Positions 33,417 through 43,630 are shown, numbered from the stretch's first letter. The stretch is DNA of 64,000 nt from a virus (IMGVR_UViG_3300027899_000001:334373-398372); one strand, 5' to 3'. Notes: generated by a model not told the origin, from the sequence alone. Translations and numbers: made by a program.

Positions 33417-34016
33417 TTATTTAGTTATTTTTTCTTCAACTGTCATTGATAACATATCTGCGCAATGTATAAGTCTTACTAATGGATGATCTATAGCTGT
33501 ATTGTATGCGTAATTCTGAGGAGAATTTGCAAAGTTAACACTCATTTCAGTAGCACCCATATGCCATCTTATTGCCATTGCTTCTGCATCTGTAAGTTTC
33601 ATATATTTTGAAATTAAATGTACGCTTTTTTCTCCATGTCCATACGGAAACTTATCTTCTACAACATAAGCAAGATATTTTTCCCATTTATCTTCTGTAT
33701 TTTTTCTAAATTTTTCTTGTTGTTTATAATAATTTGTTTTACAAACATCATGAAATAATGCAGAAATGATAACAGATTCTTTAAGATATTCTAAATCTGG
33801 TTTATTACTAATAATAAAATTAAAATTATGAAGTGCAAATTTAAGCACTAACATAGTATGGTCAAGTAAACCTCCTTCATAGTTTCCATGAAATTTTGTA
33901 GAAGCAGGAGCTGTATAAAAATCGGTATCTGTTTGTAACCAATTTAACAATTCAGTTATTCCCGGTCTTGTAATAAAGGATACTGCTTGATTAAATCCTT
34001 CTCTTGATGGTGTCAT
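33417..34016 (-). CDS. HD-domain phosphohydrolase
   Basis: H..H (GLLDHTMLV) and HD (ALFHDVCK) motifs. Confidence 0.6.
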   Translation of the reverse strand: MTPSREGFNQAVSFITRPGITELLNWLQTDTDFYTAPASTKFHGNYEGGLLDHTMLVLKFALHNFNFIISNKPDLEYLKESVIISALFHDVCKTNYYKQQEKFRKNTEDKWEKYLAYVVEDKFPYGHGEKSVHLISKYMKLTDAEAMAIRWHMGATEMSVNFANSPQNYAYNTAIDHPLVRLIHCADMLSMTVEEKITK

Positions 34017-34018
34017 TT

Positions 34019-34690
34019 TTATTTTTGTTTAAATGTTATTAATAATTCTTTGTTTTCTATTGAGAAATATGATAAAAGTTCTGTATTTGTTAAATTAAAT
34101 GTTTCTTGATACATTTTTATATAAGATTGTTGATCTATTGTTTCTATGATGAATCTTAATTGTTGTTCATAATATAATGAAGTTGCATATCTGTCTCCAT
34201 ATATATTTTCAAATCCATTATCTTGAATTAAATTATCAACATTTTTCTTTACTAAATATTCGGTTCTTAATAATTGCAAGTAAGGTTCTATAGATTCATT
34301 TACATCATTATATGTGCATCTAACTTCTCCATTATCAAATGTGCCAACATTAAAAATAGATTTAGTATATAACGCCTTGCCCTTTGTTCCTAAATGCGAT
34401 TCTGCGATTCCTTGTGCTAATACTAATCTAATATCTACTTTATATTGTTCACATTTTCGAACTAAAAAATTTACATTAATTTTTGAATCGGGCGCTATAT
34501 TATCAACCACTTTTTTAACTTCTGTAACTAAATGTTCATGTATCTGTTGTCTTACAAGTATAGGAAAAACCGTTTGATTTTTACTATAATTTTCTTGTGT
34601 GGTCATCGGCGATGAAAAAGTTTTATAATTCGGATTACCAACATTTAAGAAAAAAAGTATTATAATTATTATTAAAGTTTTAAAAATCAT
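34019..34690 (-). CDS. secreted GH73-like N-acetylglucosaminidase / peptidoglycan hydrolase
   Basis: Signal peptide; LAQGIAESHLG resembles the FlgJ/GH73 AQAALESGWG motif. Confidence 0.45.
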   Translation of the reverse strand: MIFKTLIIIIILFFLNVGNPNYKTFSSPMTTQENYSKNQTVFPILVRQQIHEHLVTEVKKVVDNIAPDSKINVNFLVRKCEQYKVDIRLVLAQGIAESHLGTKGKALYTKSIFNVGTFDNGEVRCTYNDVNESIEPYLQLLRTEYLVKKNVDNLIQDNGFENIYGDRYATSLYYEQQLRFIIETIDQQSYIKMYQETFNLTNTELLSYFSIENKELLITFKQK

Positions 34691-34712
34691 TCATTAAATT
34701 TATGTTTGTTTA

Positions 34713-35240
34713 TCACTCAGTAAAGAGTGATATACTTCCAACATGATGCTCAAAGTCATCATCTTGAGAAGGTTTAATCGGAGTAATAACCATTACTTCC
34801 ACATCATGTTCACCATATATTTCATTTATATATCTTTGTGACGTCGTTAATTTTCCATCTTCTTCAATATGTTTAAGTATCATATAGGCTTTATCTTTAA
34901 TATGGCCATCAATTAATTTAAGTGCATTGAAAGATAACTCTTCTTCCTCTTCAACTATTCTAGCTATGCAATTAAGTAATCTGCTTTTTATTAAAATATA
35001 TTTTCCATAAGGAAGTCCCAAAGAATAATTAAGAACATCTTTTGAAAAAACGCCACCCTTGCCTCTTCCCCAAGCTTTAAAAAATGTTCCAGTTACATGA
35101 TCAGGAAGAACCACAGTATGATGGCCTTCAAATAAAGTAACAATATAATTATCTATAACATTTGGAGTAATTTGATCAATAGTAACATCAGTAATTACAT
35201 CACTTACTTCTTCTCCTGTTTGTATTTTATCTTTCATCAT
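34713..35240 (-). CDS. hypothetical protein
   Basis: 175 aa ORF. Confidence 0.4.
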   Translation of the reverse strand: MMKDKIQTGEEVSDVITDVTIDQITPNVIDNYIVTLFEGHHTVVLPDHVTGTFFKAWGRGKGGVFSKDVLNYSLGLPYGKYILIKSRLLNCIARIVEEEEELSFNALKLIDGHIKDKAYMILKHIEEDGKLTTSQRYINEIYGEHDVEVMVITPIKPSQDDDFEHHVGSISLFTE

Positions 35241-35443
35241 TTTATTTTTATTAGTTTATATGCCATTATTTCTATTAATTCTTTAGCGGTAATAAATTGT
35301 TTATCTTCTATTAATTTTTTTACAGTTCCAGACCAAGTACTTGGATCAACTATCATATCAGGTTCAGTAAGATATTCATATACCTTTACAAGATTGCCTT
35401 CTGTATATTTTTGTACAAGTATTTTTACTCTGGGCTCTTTCAT
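35237..35443 (-). CDS. hypothetical protein
   Basis: 68 aa ORF; ATGA overlap. Confidence 0.35.
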   Translation of the reverse strand: MKEPRVKILVQKYTEGNLVKVYEYLTEPDMIVDPSTWSGTVKKLIEDKQFITAKELIEIMAYKLIKIK

Positions 35444-35664
35444 AAGTTTATTTCTTCTTGTGTTTCAATAACTATAAGCCAATCTATTGTATTATTTCTT
35501 CCTGCTACTCTAGCTGGAGTTATGCTTATAACTTTTCCATTTTTACCCATTGAATTATTAATGTCCTCTAATTCCTTCATTGTTAAAGATTCATTTTGAG
35601 AGGTACATAAGTATACAATTTTTTGCATATTATTCTGATTTACAAAGTTTATAAGTTTCGTCAA
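35440..35664 (-). CDS. hypothetical protein
   Basis: 74 aa ORF. Confidence 0.35.
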   Translation of the reverse strand: MTKLINFVNQNNMQKIVYLCTSQNESLTMKELEDINNSMGKNGKVISITPARVAGRNNTIDWLIVIETQEEINL

Positions 35665-35820
35665 AACACATTTGAAGAGCTAAATTTACATTTTTTCTGG
35701 ACATGTATCTATAAGTTTCTTCACAACTTCCTTCTACTTGAACATCAAAGTTTTCAAAGTTTTCTTTACAAAATACATTTACTTTTTCAACCACTTGTTT
35801 ATATATTTCTTCTCTTTCCA

Positions 35821-36240
35821 TCACTTTTGATTTATAACTTTTTCAAATTCTTTTAATTCTTTAATCATTTCATCTGGATAAAATGTAAGAGCATCTCTTA
35901 CTGTTTTAGGATCTAATTCAAATGCTTTACAATATTCTTTTATTAAATCATTACTTATATTAAGCTTTTTTTCTTTAACTTCTGCTACTTTTTTAACGCC
36001 TTTAGTATATATCCATTTAGGAAGATATCCTTTATAAGTTTTTCTTAAATATAAATGCCAAAAATCAATAACTGCTTCTTGATTTATTTTATTATGTTGT
36101 AAAGCATTTGCTTGAAGAGGATGTTGAATTGCAAATCTTCTATTACACATGAAAAAGTGTTTTCTTTTCTCACCAACAGAGAGGTTTAGATATTCACGAG
36201 GATTTGTGAAGATAATATCAATAAAAGGAAATAATTCCAT
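35821..36240 (-). CDS. hypothetical protein
   Basis: 139 aa ORF. Confidence 0.4.
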   Translation of the reverse strand: MELFPFIDIIFTNPREYLNLSVGEKRKHFFMCNRRFAIQHPLQANALQHNKINQEAVIDFWHLYLRKTYKGYLPKWIYTKGVKKVAEVKEKKLNISNDLIKEYCKAFELDPKTVRDALTFYPDEMIKELKEFEKVINQK

Positions 36241-36350
36241 AGTTTATTAAGTTTTTATTCTAGAGACAGGATTTCCTAGAGAGTTAAAGGTATTAATTAT
36301 ATGGTAGCTAAGAAAAAAGTTTTGCATTTTTTGTTAAAATTTTGTTAATG

Positions 36351-36731
36351 TTATTTCCAAGGTAAGTTTGTTACAGGGAATAACGTAGTGCCATTTTGAG
36401 GTGGTGGAGATTGATATTGTTCATTTTGTGTTATAGCTGGAGGTGGTTGAGAATTCTTAGTTTTATTATAAGGATTTTTTTCACCCACAGAATCATAATT
36501 ATAAGTTCTTGTTAAATCTTCTTTAGTAATTATCATAGGTTTTACTTCTCTAACTATAAATAATGAGGGTTTATTTTGTATATACTGAACAAACTGCCAT
36601 TTTCCAGTTTTTTCAACAGTTTCAATAATAGAAGAAAGTAAAATTTTCATGTCTGAATAATTTTGTCCTTCAAGTTGAAGAGTTTCAGGAATTAATTTTT
36701 GTAATTCTGAAATTGTAACTACGTGTGTCAT
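36351..36731 (-). CDS. hypothetical protein with Pro/Gln-rich C-terminus
   Basis: 126 aa ORF. Confidence 0.4.
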   Translation of the reverse strand: MTHVVTISELQKLIPETLQLEGQNYSDMKILLSSIIETVEKTGKWQFVQYIQNKPSLFIVREVKPMIITKEDLTRTYNYDSVGEKNPYNKTKNSQPPPAITQNEQYQSPPPQNGTTLFPVTNLPWK

Positions 36732-36750
36732 TTGTTTATGATTTTAATTA

Positions 36751-37923
36751 TTAAAATAATGCTGTTCCAGATATTCTATCAATTTGTTTGAATATAGATG
36801 CTTCATTTTCATTTTTCTTTTCACTAATATATCTAGTTCCTTCAAGAAGATCTTTCATATTTAAGCTGCTATAATTAACTCGAGGTTTATCAAGTTCTTT
36901 TTGTTTAACTTCATTAAATTTATTAATGATTTCTTCTGGAAATACATCAGGACTTAACACAACAAGTTTAATTTGTCGTCTAAGTCTATCATCAATTTTG
37001 AAGGTGGGCTTAGTTTTAGATACAGCTTTTATTAATTTCATTACATCATTTCTTCTTTCCCATAAAGTATCATGATCCATAAGTTCATCTGATTCTATTT
37101 TGATGCCTTCATATATCTTTTCAAATTTAGAATTTGTTATTCTAACTTCAACATCTTTTTCATTTAACCAAGTATGTATTGCAGGAATATTATCTCCATC
37201 ATCTCCACAGAAAATTTTACGAAGCATAATCATTCTTCCATTGACAACTTCCATCTTAGTTTTTTCTGCATTTATGATTTTTCTAAAATCTTCTTTATCT
37301 ACATTTATAGTTCCTTTAAGATTCATGAAATCTACTGCATCTGCAGTGTTTATCCAATCTTCAAAATGTTGAGGAACATAGAGTTTACGAGAAGAATTTT
37401 TTCCTTGCATAAAAGGATTATATACAGTTGTATAAGCTATTTTTCCTGACTCATATGGCCAAAAACTTACTAACTGTCTCATATCTTCATCACCAGATAC
37501 GATTATTGCATGTTGATGTTGTTTATGTTGTATTTCATCTGCCCAAAGAGTTAATAAATCGTCAGATTCGGCTGTAGAAATTCCAGAAACTGTTATTCCG
37601 TTATTTTCAGCTATTTTACAAAATTCTTCTAATGCTGAATAAATATTATTCCAGTTTATATTTGTAGATTTTATTCTCTGCGCTTTATAACCATCATTTT
37701 CTTCTATTTTTATTTCTTTTCTCCATGAACGATCATCTTTAGTAAAAATTACTCTAGAAGGGTTGATTAAACGAATTATAGAAGATATATCTATTGATAT
37801 TTTTCTAATAAGTTGATCTATTTCATTTTGAGAATCAAATGTCATTGTTTTAGATCCATACCCAGATATAATAAAAAGACTTCTATATACTAAATTGTTT
37901 AAATCAAATAATAAGTTAATCAT
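36751..37923 (-). CDS. rnh: T4 RNase H-like 5'-3' exonuclease / flap endonuclease
   Basis: MINLLFDLNNLVYRS, VIFTKDDRSWRKEI..YKAQR and IIVSGDEDMRQL parallel the T4 rnh motifs. Confidence 0.65.
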   Translation of the reverse strand: MINLLFDLNNLVYRSLFIISGYGSKTMTFDSQNEIDQLIRKISIDISSIIRLINPSRVIFTKDDRSWRKEIKIEENDGYKAQRIKSTNINWNNIYSALEEFCKIAENNGITVSGISTAESDDLLTLWADEIQHKQHQHAIIVSGDEDMRQLVSFWPYESGKIAYTTVYNPFMQGKNSSRKLYVPQHFEDWINTADAVDFMNLKGTINVDKEDFRKIINAEKTKMEVVNGRMIMLRKIFCGDDGDNIPAIHTWLNEKDVEVRITNSKFEKIYEGIKIESDELMDHDTLWERRNDVMKLIKAVSKTKPTFKIDDRLRRQIKLVVLSPDVFPEEIINKFNEVKQKELDKPRVNYSSLNMKDLLEGTRYISEKKNENEASIFKQIDRISGTALF

Positions 37924-37927
37924 ATGT

Positions 37928-38629
37928 TTATTTTTTAAATTTACAATTGTTAAAATGATATCTTGTCATATTTGGACCCTTTCCAATTAATCCACAATGC
38001 GGACATATTTTTTTAATATGTTCATGGTGTTTTCCTATTTGTGCTGCACTCATTTTTTGTTTTGATTTTTCTGTATGTTTTAATCCTATACGCGAATTAG
38101 ACATATTATCCTTTATTTGTTTTGATTTTTTTATTCCATAAAATTCTTCATACGTTTTTCCTTTGCGTTTTTTATTATATTTTTTTAACCCCCAAGTATG
38201 ATAATTTTTACCAAATGCTCCATTGTTAGATCCCTGTAGTTTTTTTCCATTTTTAAACATTCCGTTATGTTTACCAGAACTTTTAATACTTAATTTTTCT
38301 TTAGTTTCATAAGACAATGATTTATTTGATCTTAATGATCTTGCTAATTCATAATCTCTAGCAGAAATATATTTTTTATTTTTATTTACACAAGTCATCA
38401 TATGAAATGCATATATAATTTTGGTATTTTCGGAATGAATATAACACAATAATTTATGACATACATAATGTTCTCTTGCTGTTAATAAAATTTTATTTTC
38501 TTTATCATCAGTGCCTCCTATACATTTAGGAATTATATGATGATTTTCATAATATTTTCCATTTTCTTTTAATCTATTTTCTAATTTTGCTTTGTTAATT
38601 ATAGACTCATAAATTTTTTGATAATTCAT
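37928..38629 (-). CDS. HNH homing endonuclease
   Basis: YYENHHIIPKCIGGTDDKENKILLTAREHYVCH. Confidence 0.8.
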   Translation of the reverse strand: MNYQKIYESIINKAKLENRLKENGKYYENHHIIPKCIGGTDDKENKILLTAREHYVCHKLLCYIHSENTKIIYAFHMMTCVNKNKKYISARDYELARSLRSNKSLSYETKEKLSIKSSGKHNGMFKNGKKLQGSNNGAFGKNYHTWGLKKYNKKRKGKTYEEFYGIKKSKQIKDNMSNSRIGLKHTEKSKQKMSAAQIGKHHEHIKKICPHCGLIGKGPNMTRYHFNNCKFKK

Positions 38630-38822
38630 TTTCCTGGATAAATTTAGTTTCAGGAAGAATATATAAAAATTTTCTTTTATTCATTTTTTTATATTTAATA
38701 ATTCCGCCGCGTCTCCAATTGTTTAATGTTTGGCGATGAATCTTAAATATATTTAAAATTTCCCTTTGCGAATATAATTTTTGTTCTTCCATATATTTTA
38801 TATATTCATGAAATTTATACAA
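38607..38822 (-). CDS. helix-turn-helix DNA-binding protein (excisionase/AlpA-like)
   Basis: ILNIFKIHRQTLNNWRRGGIIKYKK. Confidence 0.45.
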   Translation of the reverse strand: MYKFHEYIKYMEEQKLYSQREILNIFKIHRQTLNNWRRGGIIKYKKMNKRKFLYILPETKFIQENELSKNL

Positions 38823-38967
38823 GTTTTTACATCTATGTTAAATTTATGTTAATTTTTTATATTACCAGTTTTCCAAAAATATTTTATATTTTGTCTTTGT
38901 TCTATTGTAAGTGTTTTACCCTTCATAAATTTTATAGAATGTTCAATATCATCTTTAGTTATTTTTG

Positions 38968-39438
38968 TCATGTATTGAGTTTTTTAATTATTTCTTCACG
39001 TTTTCCTGTTTGTTTTATTCCTTCATAAAATCTTGTGCATATTACAAATCTTTTTTCTGGAAGCCAAAGAGATAAATCTAAATCATCTACTGCAGTCCAA
39101 TGAAGAGGTTTTATTCTATTCACATGCTCAAGTATTTCTTCTGATCTATATTTTTCCAGTAATTGCATTGTTCTTCCTTTAAGAGATACTGTAACATCTA
39201 TGGGAGCTTTTTTAACTCCCATCATTTCGACAAATATTTCTTGTAAAGAAGTCAACGAATAATGATCTTTCCAATCACTTGATAGTATAATATCTGTATC
39301 AGTCTCATCTATTATTTCATTCAATACTCTTACTGCTTTTTTATTTACTCTATGAACATATCCCCACTTTGTAAGTTTTGGATGTATTTCACTTCCCAAT
39401 GACAATACACCATCAATATCTAAGTATAGAAATTTCAT
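38968..39438 (-). CDS. HAD-superfamily phosphatase
   Basis: Motif I LYLDIDGVL (DxDG). Confidence 0.5.
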   Translation of the reverse strand: MKFLYLDIDGVLSLGSEIHPKLTKWGYVHRVNKKAVRVLNEIIDETDTDIILSSDWKDHYSLTSLQEIFVEMMGVKKAPIDVTVSLKGRTMQLLEKYRSEEILEHVNRIKPLHWTAVDDLDLSLWLPEKRFVICTRFYEGIKQTGKREEIIKKLNT

Positions 39439-39440
39439 AA

Positions 39441-39480
39441 TGTAAATATAATAAAAAATTATGATATTAGAATATAATAG
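39441..39480 (-). promoter_or_regulatory. conserved promoter-like motif, copy 8, abutting the ATG
   Basis: atgtaaatataataaaaaattatgatattagaatataat; 3 nt from the ATG at 39438. Confidence 0.4.
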
Positions 39481-39494
39481 GAGTTAATATTTTG

Positions 39495-39680
39495 TTAAAT
39501 TGTAAGATCAATTACTTCTATGTATTCTATTAAAACGCCATGACGACTAGTGCCAGAACCAGAACAACTCATAGCATAGTGTACACTTGTTATATTAACT
39601 TTAGGATTTTCTTCGATCCATTCATTTATCTCGTTTTCCAACCCATCTGATTCGTAATGTTCAAATACTTTTACTTTCAT
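39495..39680 (-). CDS. hypothetical protein
   Basis: 61 aa ORF. Confidence 0.35.
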   Translation of the reverse strand: MKVKVFEHYESDGLENEINEWIEENPKVNITSVHYAMSCSGSGTSRHGVLIEYIEVIDLTI

Positions 39681-39885
39681 CGTTTTTATGTTTAGTTAAT
39701 AAATAATCAGAAGTTGAATACATTAAAATCATTGCTCCAACTGCTAATGTAATTATAGGAACAAAGATTAAATTATGAGGAAATTTATTGTTTCCTATGA
39801 AGTATGAAAGTGTTAAAAATAAAAATATTTTTAATTCGCACATCCAAAAGTATCTCCAATTAATCTTTTGTAAAAACTTTTTCAT
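39661..39885 (-). CDS. small membrane protein
   Basis: Two TM helices. Confidence 0.35.
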   Translation of the reverse strand: MKKFLQKINWRYFWMCELKIFLFLTLSYFIGNNKFPHNLIFVPIITLAVGAMILMYSTSDYLLTKHKNDESKSI

Positions 39886-39886
39886 C

Positions 39887-40843
39887 TTAATAATTTATTA
39901 TAATTTGTATCTTCATTACACATGCTAATAAAGTAATAAGAGGATCTATAACCATATTTCGTTGAGCTTGAAATTCTGCTACTGCAATTATGATCATAGG
40001 AATTTTATCTATTTTTGAAGAATGTGTTTTTCTTAAATACTCAATAAAATCTAAACCTAAAGCTGATAATGCTTCATCTATTTTAGAAGCATAATTCTCA
40101 ACTATAAATTTATAATTATCTGCTGGTTTATCTGCTTTTCCTAAACATATCTTATATAAATCTTCAAAACTAAAATCAATGTTAAAATTCTTTTCATTAA
40201 GTTCTGTAATCTGTTGAAGATGAAAACTTTGAAGTTTATTCATAAGTCTTCTCATATCTGGAAAATCATTACGAACAAATTTATCAAGAATTTGATCTGT
40301 ATATGTTATTTTTGCTGCATTCAAAATCAATGTTACTCGTTTCTTATATTCTTCTATAAGAAATTCTTCTTCCTTATTATCTATTGCATCATAAGAAATA
40401 CAATTAAAACGGGATTTTATAGGATCTGGAACCTTTGTAAGATTATTACAAGATGCAATAAATCTTGCAATACTTGCATATTTTTCCATTGAAGCTTTGA
40501 ATGCTCCAAAAAATTCTGGCGTTGCTCCATCAATCTCATCAAGAATTACACATTTAAGTTTTTCCTTTCCTCCTTCAAGAGATATAGTTGAACAAAAATT
40601 TGGAATTTTTTCTCTTAACACTTCGATACCTCTTTCAGAAGATGCATTTATATACAAAGTTGTATATGGTTGAGCTAAGATAAATAATGTGCTTGTTTTT
40701 CCAGTTCCTGCACTTCCATAAAGTAAAAGATTTTGAACAAGCCCCTGAGATAATTCTGCTTTTATTCTTTTTGGTGCTATTAAAGTTGCTAATTCTTTTG
40801 GACGAAATTTTTCTGTGAACAATTCTTTAGCGGTATTACTCAT
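39887..40843 (-). CDS. sliding-clamp loader subunit (T4 gp44 / RFC small-subunit-like AAA+ ATPase)
   Basis: FTEKFRPKELATLI followed by the Walker A LLLYGSAGTGKTS. Confidence 0.75.
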   Translation of the reverse strand: MSNTAKELFTEKFRPKELATLIAPKRIKAELSQGLVQNLLLYGSAGTGKTSTLFILAQPYTTLYINASSERGIEVLREKIPNFCSTISLEGGKEKLKCVILDEIDGATPEFFGAFKASMEKYASIARFIASCNNLTKVPDPIKSRFNCISYDAIDNKEEEFLIEEYKKRVTLILNAAKITYTDQILDKFVRNDFPDMRRLMNKLQSFHLQQITELNEKNFNIDFSFEDLYKICLGKADKPADNYKFIVENYASKIDEALSALGLDFIEYLRKTHSSKIDKIPMIIIAVAEFQAQRNMVIDPLITLLACVMKIQIIINY

Positions 40844-40907
40844 ATATCGTTTTTGTTTTGTATGTATAAAATAGAACGCAGTTTTTTAAAAATGTGTTAA
40901 TTAACAC

Positions 40908-41078
40908 TGAACATTAATTTCTGTTCCATCATCTAATCTTATAGTAGCGAGACAATTTTCATCCATAAATATAAGTGTTCCTTCAAGAACTTCTTGTTTA
41001 ATGTTTAACCATTGAACTCTTTCGCCCACATTTGATAAATAATCAAGAAAGGGAATTCTTTTTTGTGTCTTTGTCATG
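40908..41078 (-). CDS. Hfq-like Sm-fold small protein (about 56 aa), not in the ORF track
   Basis: MTKTQKRIPFLDYLSNVGERVQWLNIKQEVLEGTLIFMDENCLATIRLDDGTEINVQC; IPFLDYL and the alternating hydrophobic pattern resemble Hfq Sm1/Sm2. Confidence 0.4.
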
Positions 41079-41081
41079 ATG

Positions 41082-41678
41082 TTACTGTTTTTTATATAAA
41101 ATATTAAATTTTTCTAATGCCATTTTAATTCTCTTATCATGTTCAAACGCCCATTCATATTTATCAATATCTTCAACCGGAATCCAATGCACCATATCTA
41201 CTTCTTCACTGATAAATTGTTCAATATCTCTTGGAAGTAATTTTTGTGCAAGCGTAAAATCAAAAGCTAAACAATAATTTAATGCTATATTTTGACGGCA
41301 TTCTTTAGATTCTGTTTCAACATAAAAAGGTTCTTTATTATTTGTAAATGCAAGATATTTTGAATAATCTTCAATAAGAAATGAGGTTTCTTCATATAGC
41401 TCTCTTCGTACTGCATCCCAGCCATTTTCATTCCAGTCTATGTATCCTCCTGGAGCTACCCATTTTCCAGGTTCGTCTCTTATTATTTCAGATCTTTTTT
41501 CTCCAAGAACATGCACGCCATCACTAAATTCACCAAATACTATCGCTACTACTGCAACTGAACGAGATTCCCAAACTTCTCTTTTCTTAAAGAATTTTGA
41601 AAGTATCCAATAAATCCATTTTGGAAAAATAAAAACAAAATGGCAAGAGTTTAATTTATTAGTAAATATCGGTATCAT
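41082..41678 (-). CDS. Nudix hydrolase
   Basis: Nudix box GGYIDWNENGWDAVRRELYEETS. Confidence 0.7.
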   Translation of the reverse strand: MIPIFTNKLNSCHFVFIFPKWIYWILSKFFKKREVWESRSVAVVAIVFGEFSDGVHVLGEKRSEIIRDEPGKWVAPGGYIDWNENGWDAVRRELYEETSFLIEDYSKYLAFTNNKEPFYVETESKECRQNIALNYCLAFDFTLAQKLLPRDIEQFISEEVDMVHWIPVEDIDKYEWAFEHDKRIKMALEKFNILYKKQ

Positions 41679-41971
41679 TTTTTATTTTTTATATTTTTTA
41701 TCATTTCTATAAGATTTTCAGCCATGCCTGTTGATTTATCTTTACACCCTAATAAATCTTCATACATTCCTAAAAAATCTTCTTCAGATACAGAATTAAC
41801 TATTACACATTGATATTCTATTCCATATTTTTTTCTACAGTAAGTATCGAGTTTTGCTTTGGCATGCATTTTAGACATACAATTTTTTATTACCATTTCT
41901 TTACCGAAAAAATTTTGAAGTTTGCAATGAACTTCATACTTAAGTCGATAGGATTTACTATATTCAGCCAT
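41675..41971 (-). CDS. hypothetical protein
   Basis: 98 aa ORF. Confidence 0.4.
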   Translation of the reverse strand: MAEYSKSYRLKYEVHCKLQNFFGKEMVIKNCMSKMHAKAKLDTYCRKKYGIEYQCVIVNSVSEEDFLGMYEDLLGCKDKSTGMAENLIEMIKNIKNKK

Positions 41972-41973
41972 GA

Positions 41974-42294
41974 CTAAAGTTTATTAATGATATCTAATAT
42001 GTCATTATATGCTGTAATTTTTCCACGAATAAAATTACGTAAAAGCTTGTAATCAGGATCAAGTTCTTCATATTCTTTTTCCATTTCATTTTCACGTGTT
42101 ACTATTTCTTCAACTAGCTTTCCTACAACTTTATCATTTTTAATATCTGAATAAGATTTATCAAATACTATTTTATCTGCAATTGCATCTGCAACAAATT
42201 GAGGATTAAAATGACTTGATGCATCAAGTTGTCCTGCCAATGAATTTTGAAGAAGAGTTACAATAATTTCTTTTGCCCTTGCGTTATTTTCCAT
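41974..42294 (-). CDS. hypothetical protein
   Basis: 106 aa ORF; promoter motif 14 nt upstream. Confidence 0.4.
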   Translation of the reverse strand: MENNARAKEIIVTLLQNSLAGQLDASSHFNPQFVADAIADKIVFDKSYSDIKNDKVVGKLVEEIVTRENEMEKEYEELDPDYKLLRNFIRGKITAYNDILDIINKL

Positions 42295-42305
42295 GATTTT
42301 TTATT

Positions 42306-42348
42306 TATGTAAATATAATCAAAATACTTGATATAAAAAAATATATTA
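42306..42348 (-). promoter_or_regulatory. conserved promoter-like motif, copy 9
   Basis: tgtaaatataatcaaaatacttgatataaaaaaatatatt. Confidence 0.45.
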
Positions 42349-42576
42349 CCAAGATATTGTTGTTTCCACTGAATTTCCTTTTGACCATACTTCAATATTA
42401 AAACCATCTTTTACAAGCCAATCTTTTGTAATCTTAAAAAGATGTTCATTTATTTCTAATTCAAATTGGCCTTCTCTTACTTTTCTTTCAATATAAGATT
42501 TAATACGAGTGTATTGTTCTTGGCCCAATTCTGTACCCCATCCTTCTGCTTTTTCTCTTGCTTCTTGTGCGTTCAT
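42346..42576 (-). CDS. hypothetical protein
   Basis: 76 aa ORF. Confidence 0.35.
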   Translation of the reverse strand: MNAQEAREKAEGWGTELGQEQYTRIKSYIERKVREGQFELEINEHLFKITKDWLVKDGFNIEVWSKGNSVETTISW

Positions 42577-42577
42577 A

Positions 42578-42844
42578 TTATTTACATTTTTTAATTGTAT
42601 CGCCTACATTAAATGTTTGACTTATAGCATTTGCAAATGCTGAAGTGCATACAAAAGATTTAAATGTTCCATCGGCATCTTTTAAAACAAAAGAACCCCA
42701 TTTTCCCGTTGAATCTTTTGTAGATTCAGCAAACATAATAACAGGGCATTTCATTCTAGCAAGTACTTGTTCTGGAAAATCTTGTCCACATGAATTTAAC
42801 ATAAATGTTAATAACACTATTAAAATAAAACCTTTAATTTTCAT
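42578..42844 (-). CDS. putative lipoprotein
   Basis: MKIKGFILIVLLTFMLNSCG lipobox. Confidence 0.5.
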   Translation of the reverse strand: MKIKGFILIVLLTFMLNSCGQDFPEQVLARMKCPVIMFAESTKDSTGKWGSFVLKDADGTFKSFVCTSAFANAISQTFNVGDTIKKCK

Positions 42845-43098
42845 ATTGATTTATTATTTAATTTATCTTCTTTAATCGTAGTTTTTGCAGAATTAACTAG
42901 TAGCCATAAACCATCTATAGCCATAGCTAAAGAACATCCTGTACAAAATAATGCTACTATCCATACCATCCACCCCGGAGTATTTACATCTATTAAACTT
43001 CTTACTACTATGCCCCCAATAACTCCCATTGAAATTGCACCTAAAATAAGAAACCACCAATAAAATTTAATTCGTTTTCCTGTTATTTCTGTTCTCAT
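42841..43098 (-). CDS. membrane protein
   Basis: Two TM helices. Confidence 0.4.
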   Translation of the reverse strand: MRTEITGKRIKFYWWFLILGAISMGVIGGIVVRSLIDVNTPGWMVWIVALFCTGCSLAMAIDGLWLLVNSAKTTIKEDKLNNKSI

Positions 43099-43391
43099 TA
43101 TTTAAGTATTTTAATTTGTTTTGCTAAAAACCATTTTCCACCTTGACTTGCGGGTCTATTAAATTCTGTGTAATCTTTCATTTCAACTTGTAACCAGACT
43201 CTACCTTTATTGCTTAAATGTGGTGCATCTGGATGCTCTGTACAATGCCAAAAAGGACGTACCTTATATCCCTTTGTTGGATAAGATTTTGCATCTAACC
43301 ATACATTTGCTTGTAATTTTTCACTTTTATTTATGAAAAGAGATGTAATTTCTCCTGATTTAAGTTGTCTAAATAACTTATATACTATCAT
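43098..43391 (-). CDS. hypothetical protein
   Basis: 97 aa ORF. Confidence 0.4.
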   Translation of the reverse strand: MIVYKLFRQLKSGEITSLFINKSEKLQANVWLDAKSYPTKGYKVRPFWHCTEHPDAPHLSNKGRVWLQVEMKDYTEFNRPASQGGKWFLAKQIKILK

Positions 43392-43567
43392 TTCTTTAAA
43401 TCGTTATCAAGTTTATTTAATATTTCCACTCTTGCATTTTCTATTTTATACATAATTAAAGCACCAATAGATCCCATAAAAAAGGAATCAGTTGGATGAA
43501 TAATAGTAAATATCATTAAAATAATTACTAAAGATAAGTAAAATAAACTGTAGTCTTTTGTTTTCAT
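43391..43567 (-). CDS. small membrane protein (about 59 aa), not in the ORF track
   Basis: MKTKDYSLFYLSLVIILMIFTIIHP...; ATGA overlap with 43098..43391; promoter motif 23 nt upstream. Confidence 0.35.
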
Positions 43568-43587
43568 GTTATGTATTTTTATTTTGA

Positions 43588-43630
43588 AAGTTAAATATAA
43601 TATAAATTCTTGATAAATAAAAATATTTAA
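43588..43630 (-). promoter_or_regulatory. conserved promoter-like motif, copy 10
   Basis: gttaaatataatataaattcttgataaataaaaatattt. Confidence 0.45.

Noticed and set aside
35630-35824. ORF 35630..35824 (64 aa) overlapping 35440..35664 by 35 nt
   Set aside because: It may be real with a downstream start, but the overlap is atypical compared with the pervasive 4-nt couplings. Not listed as a feature.
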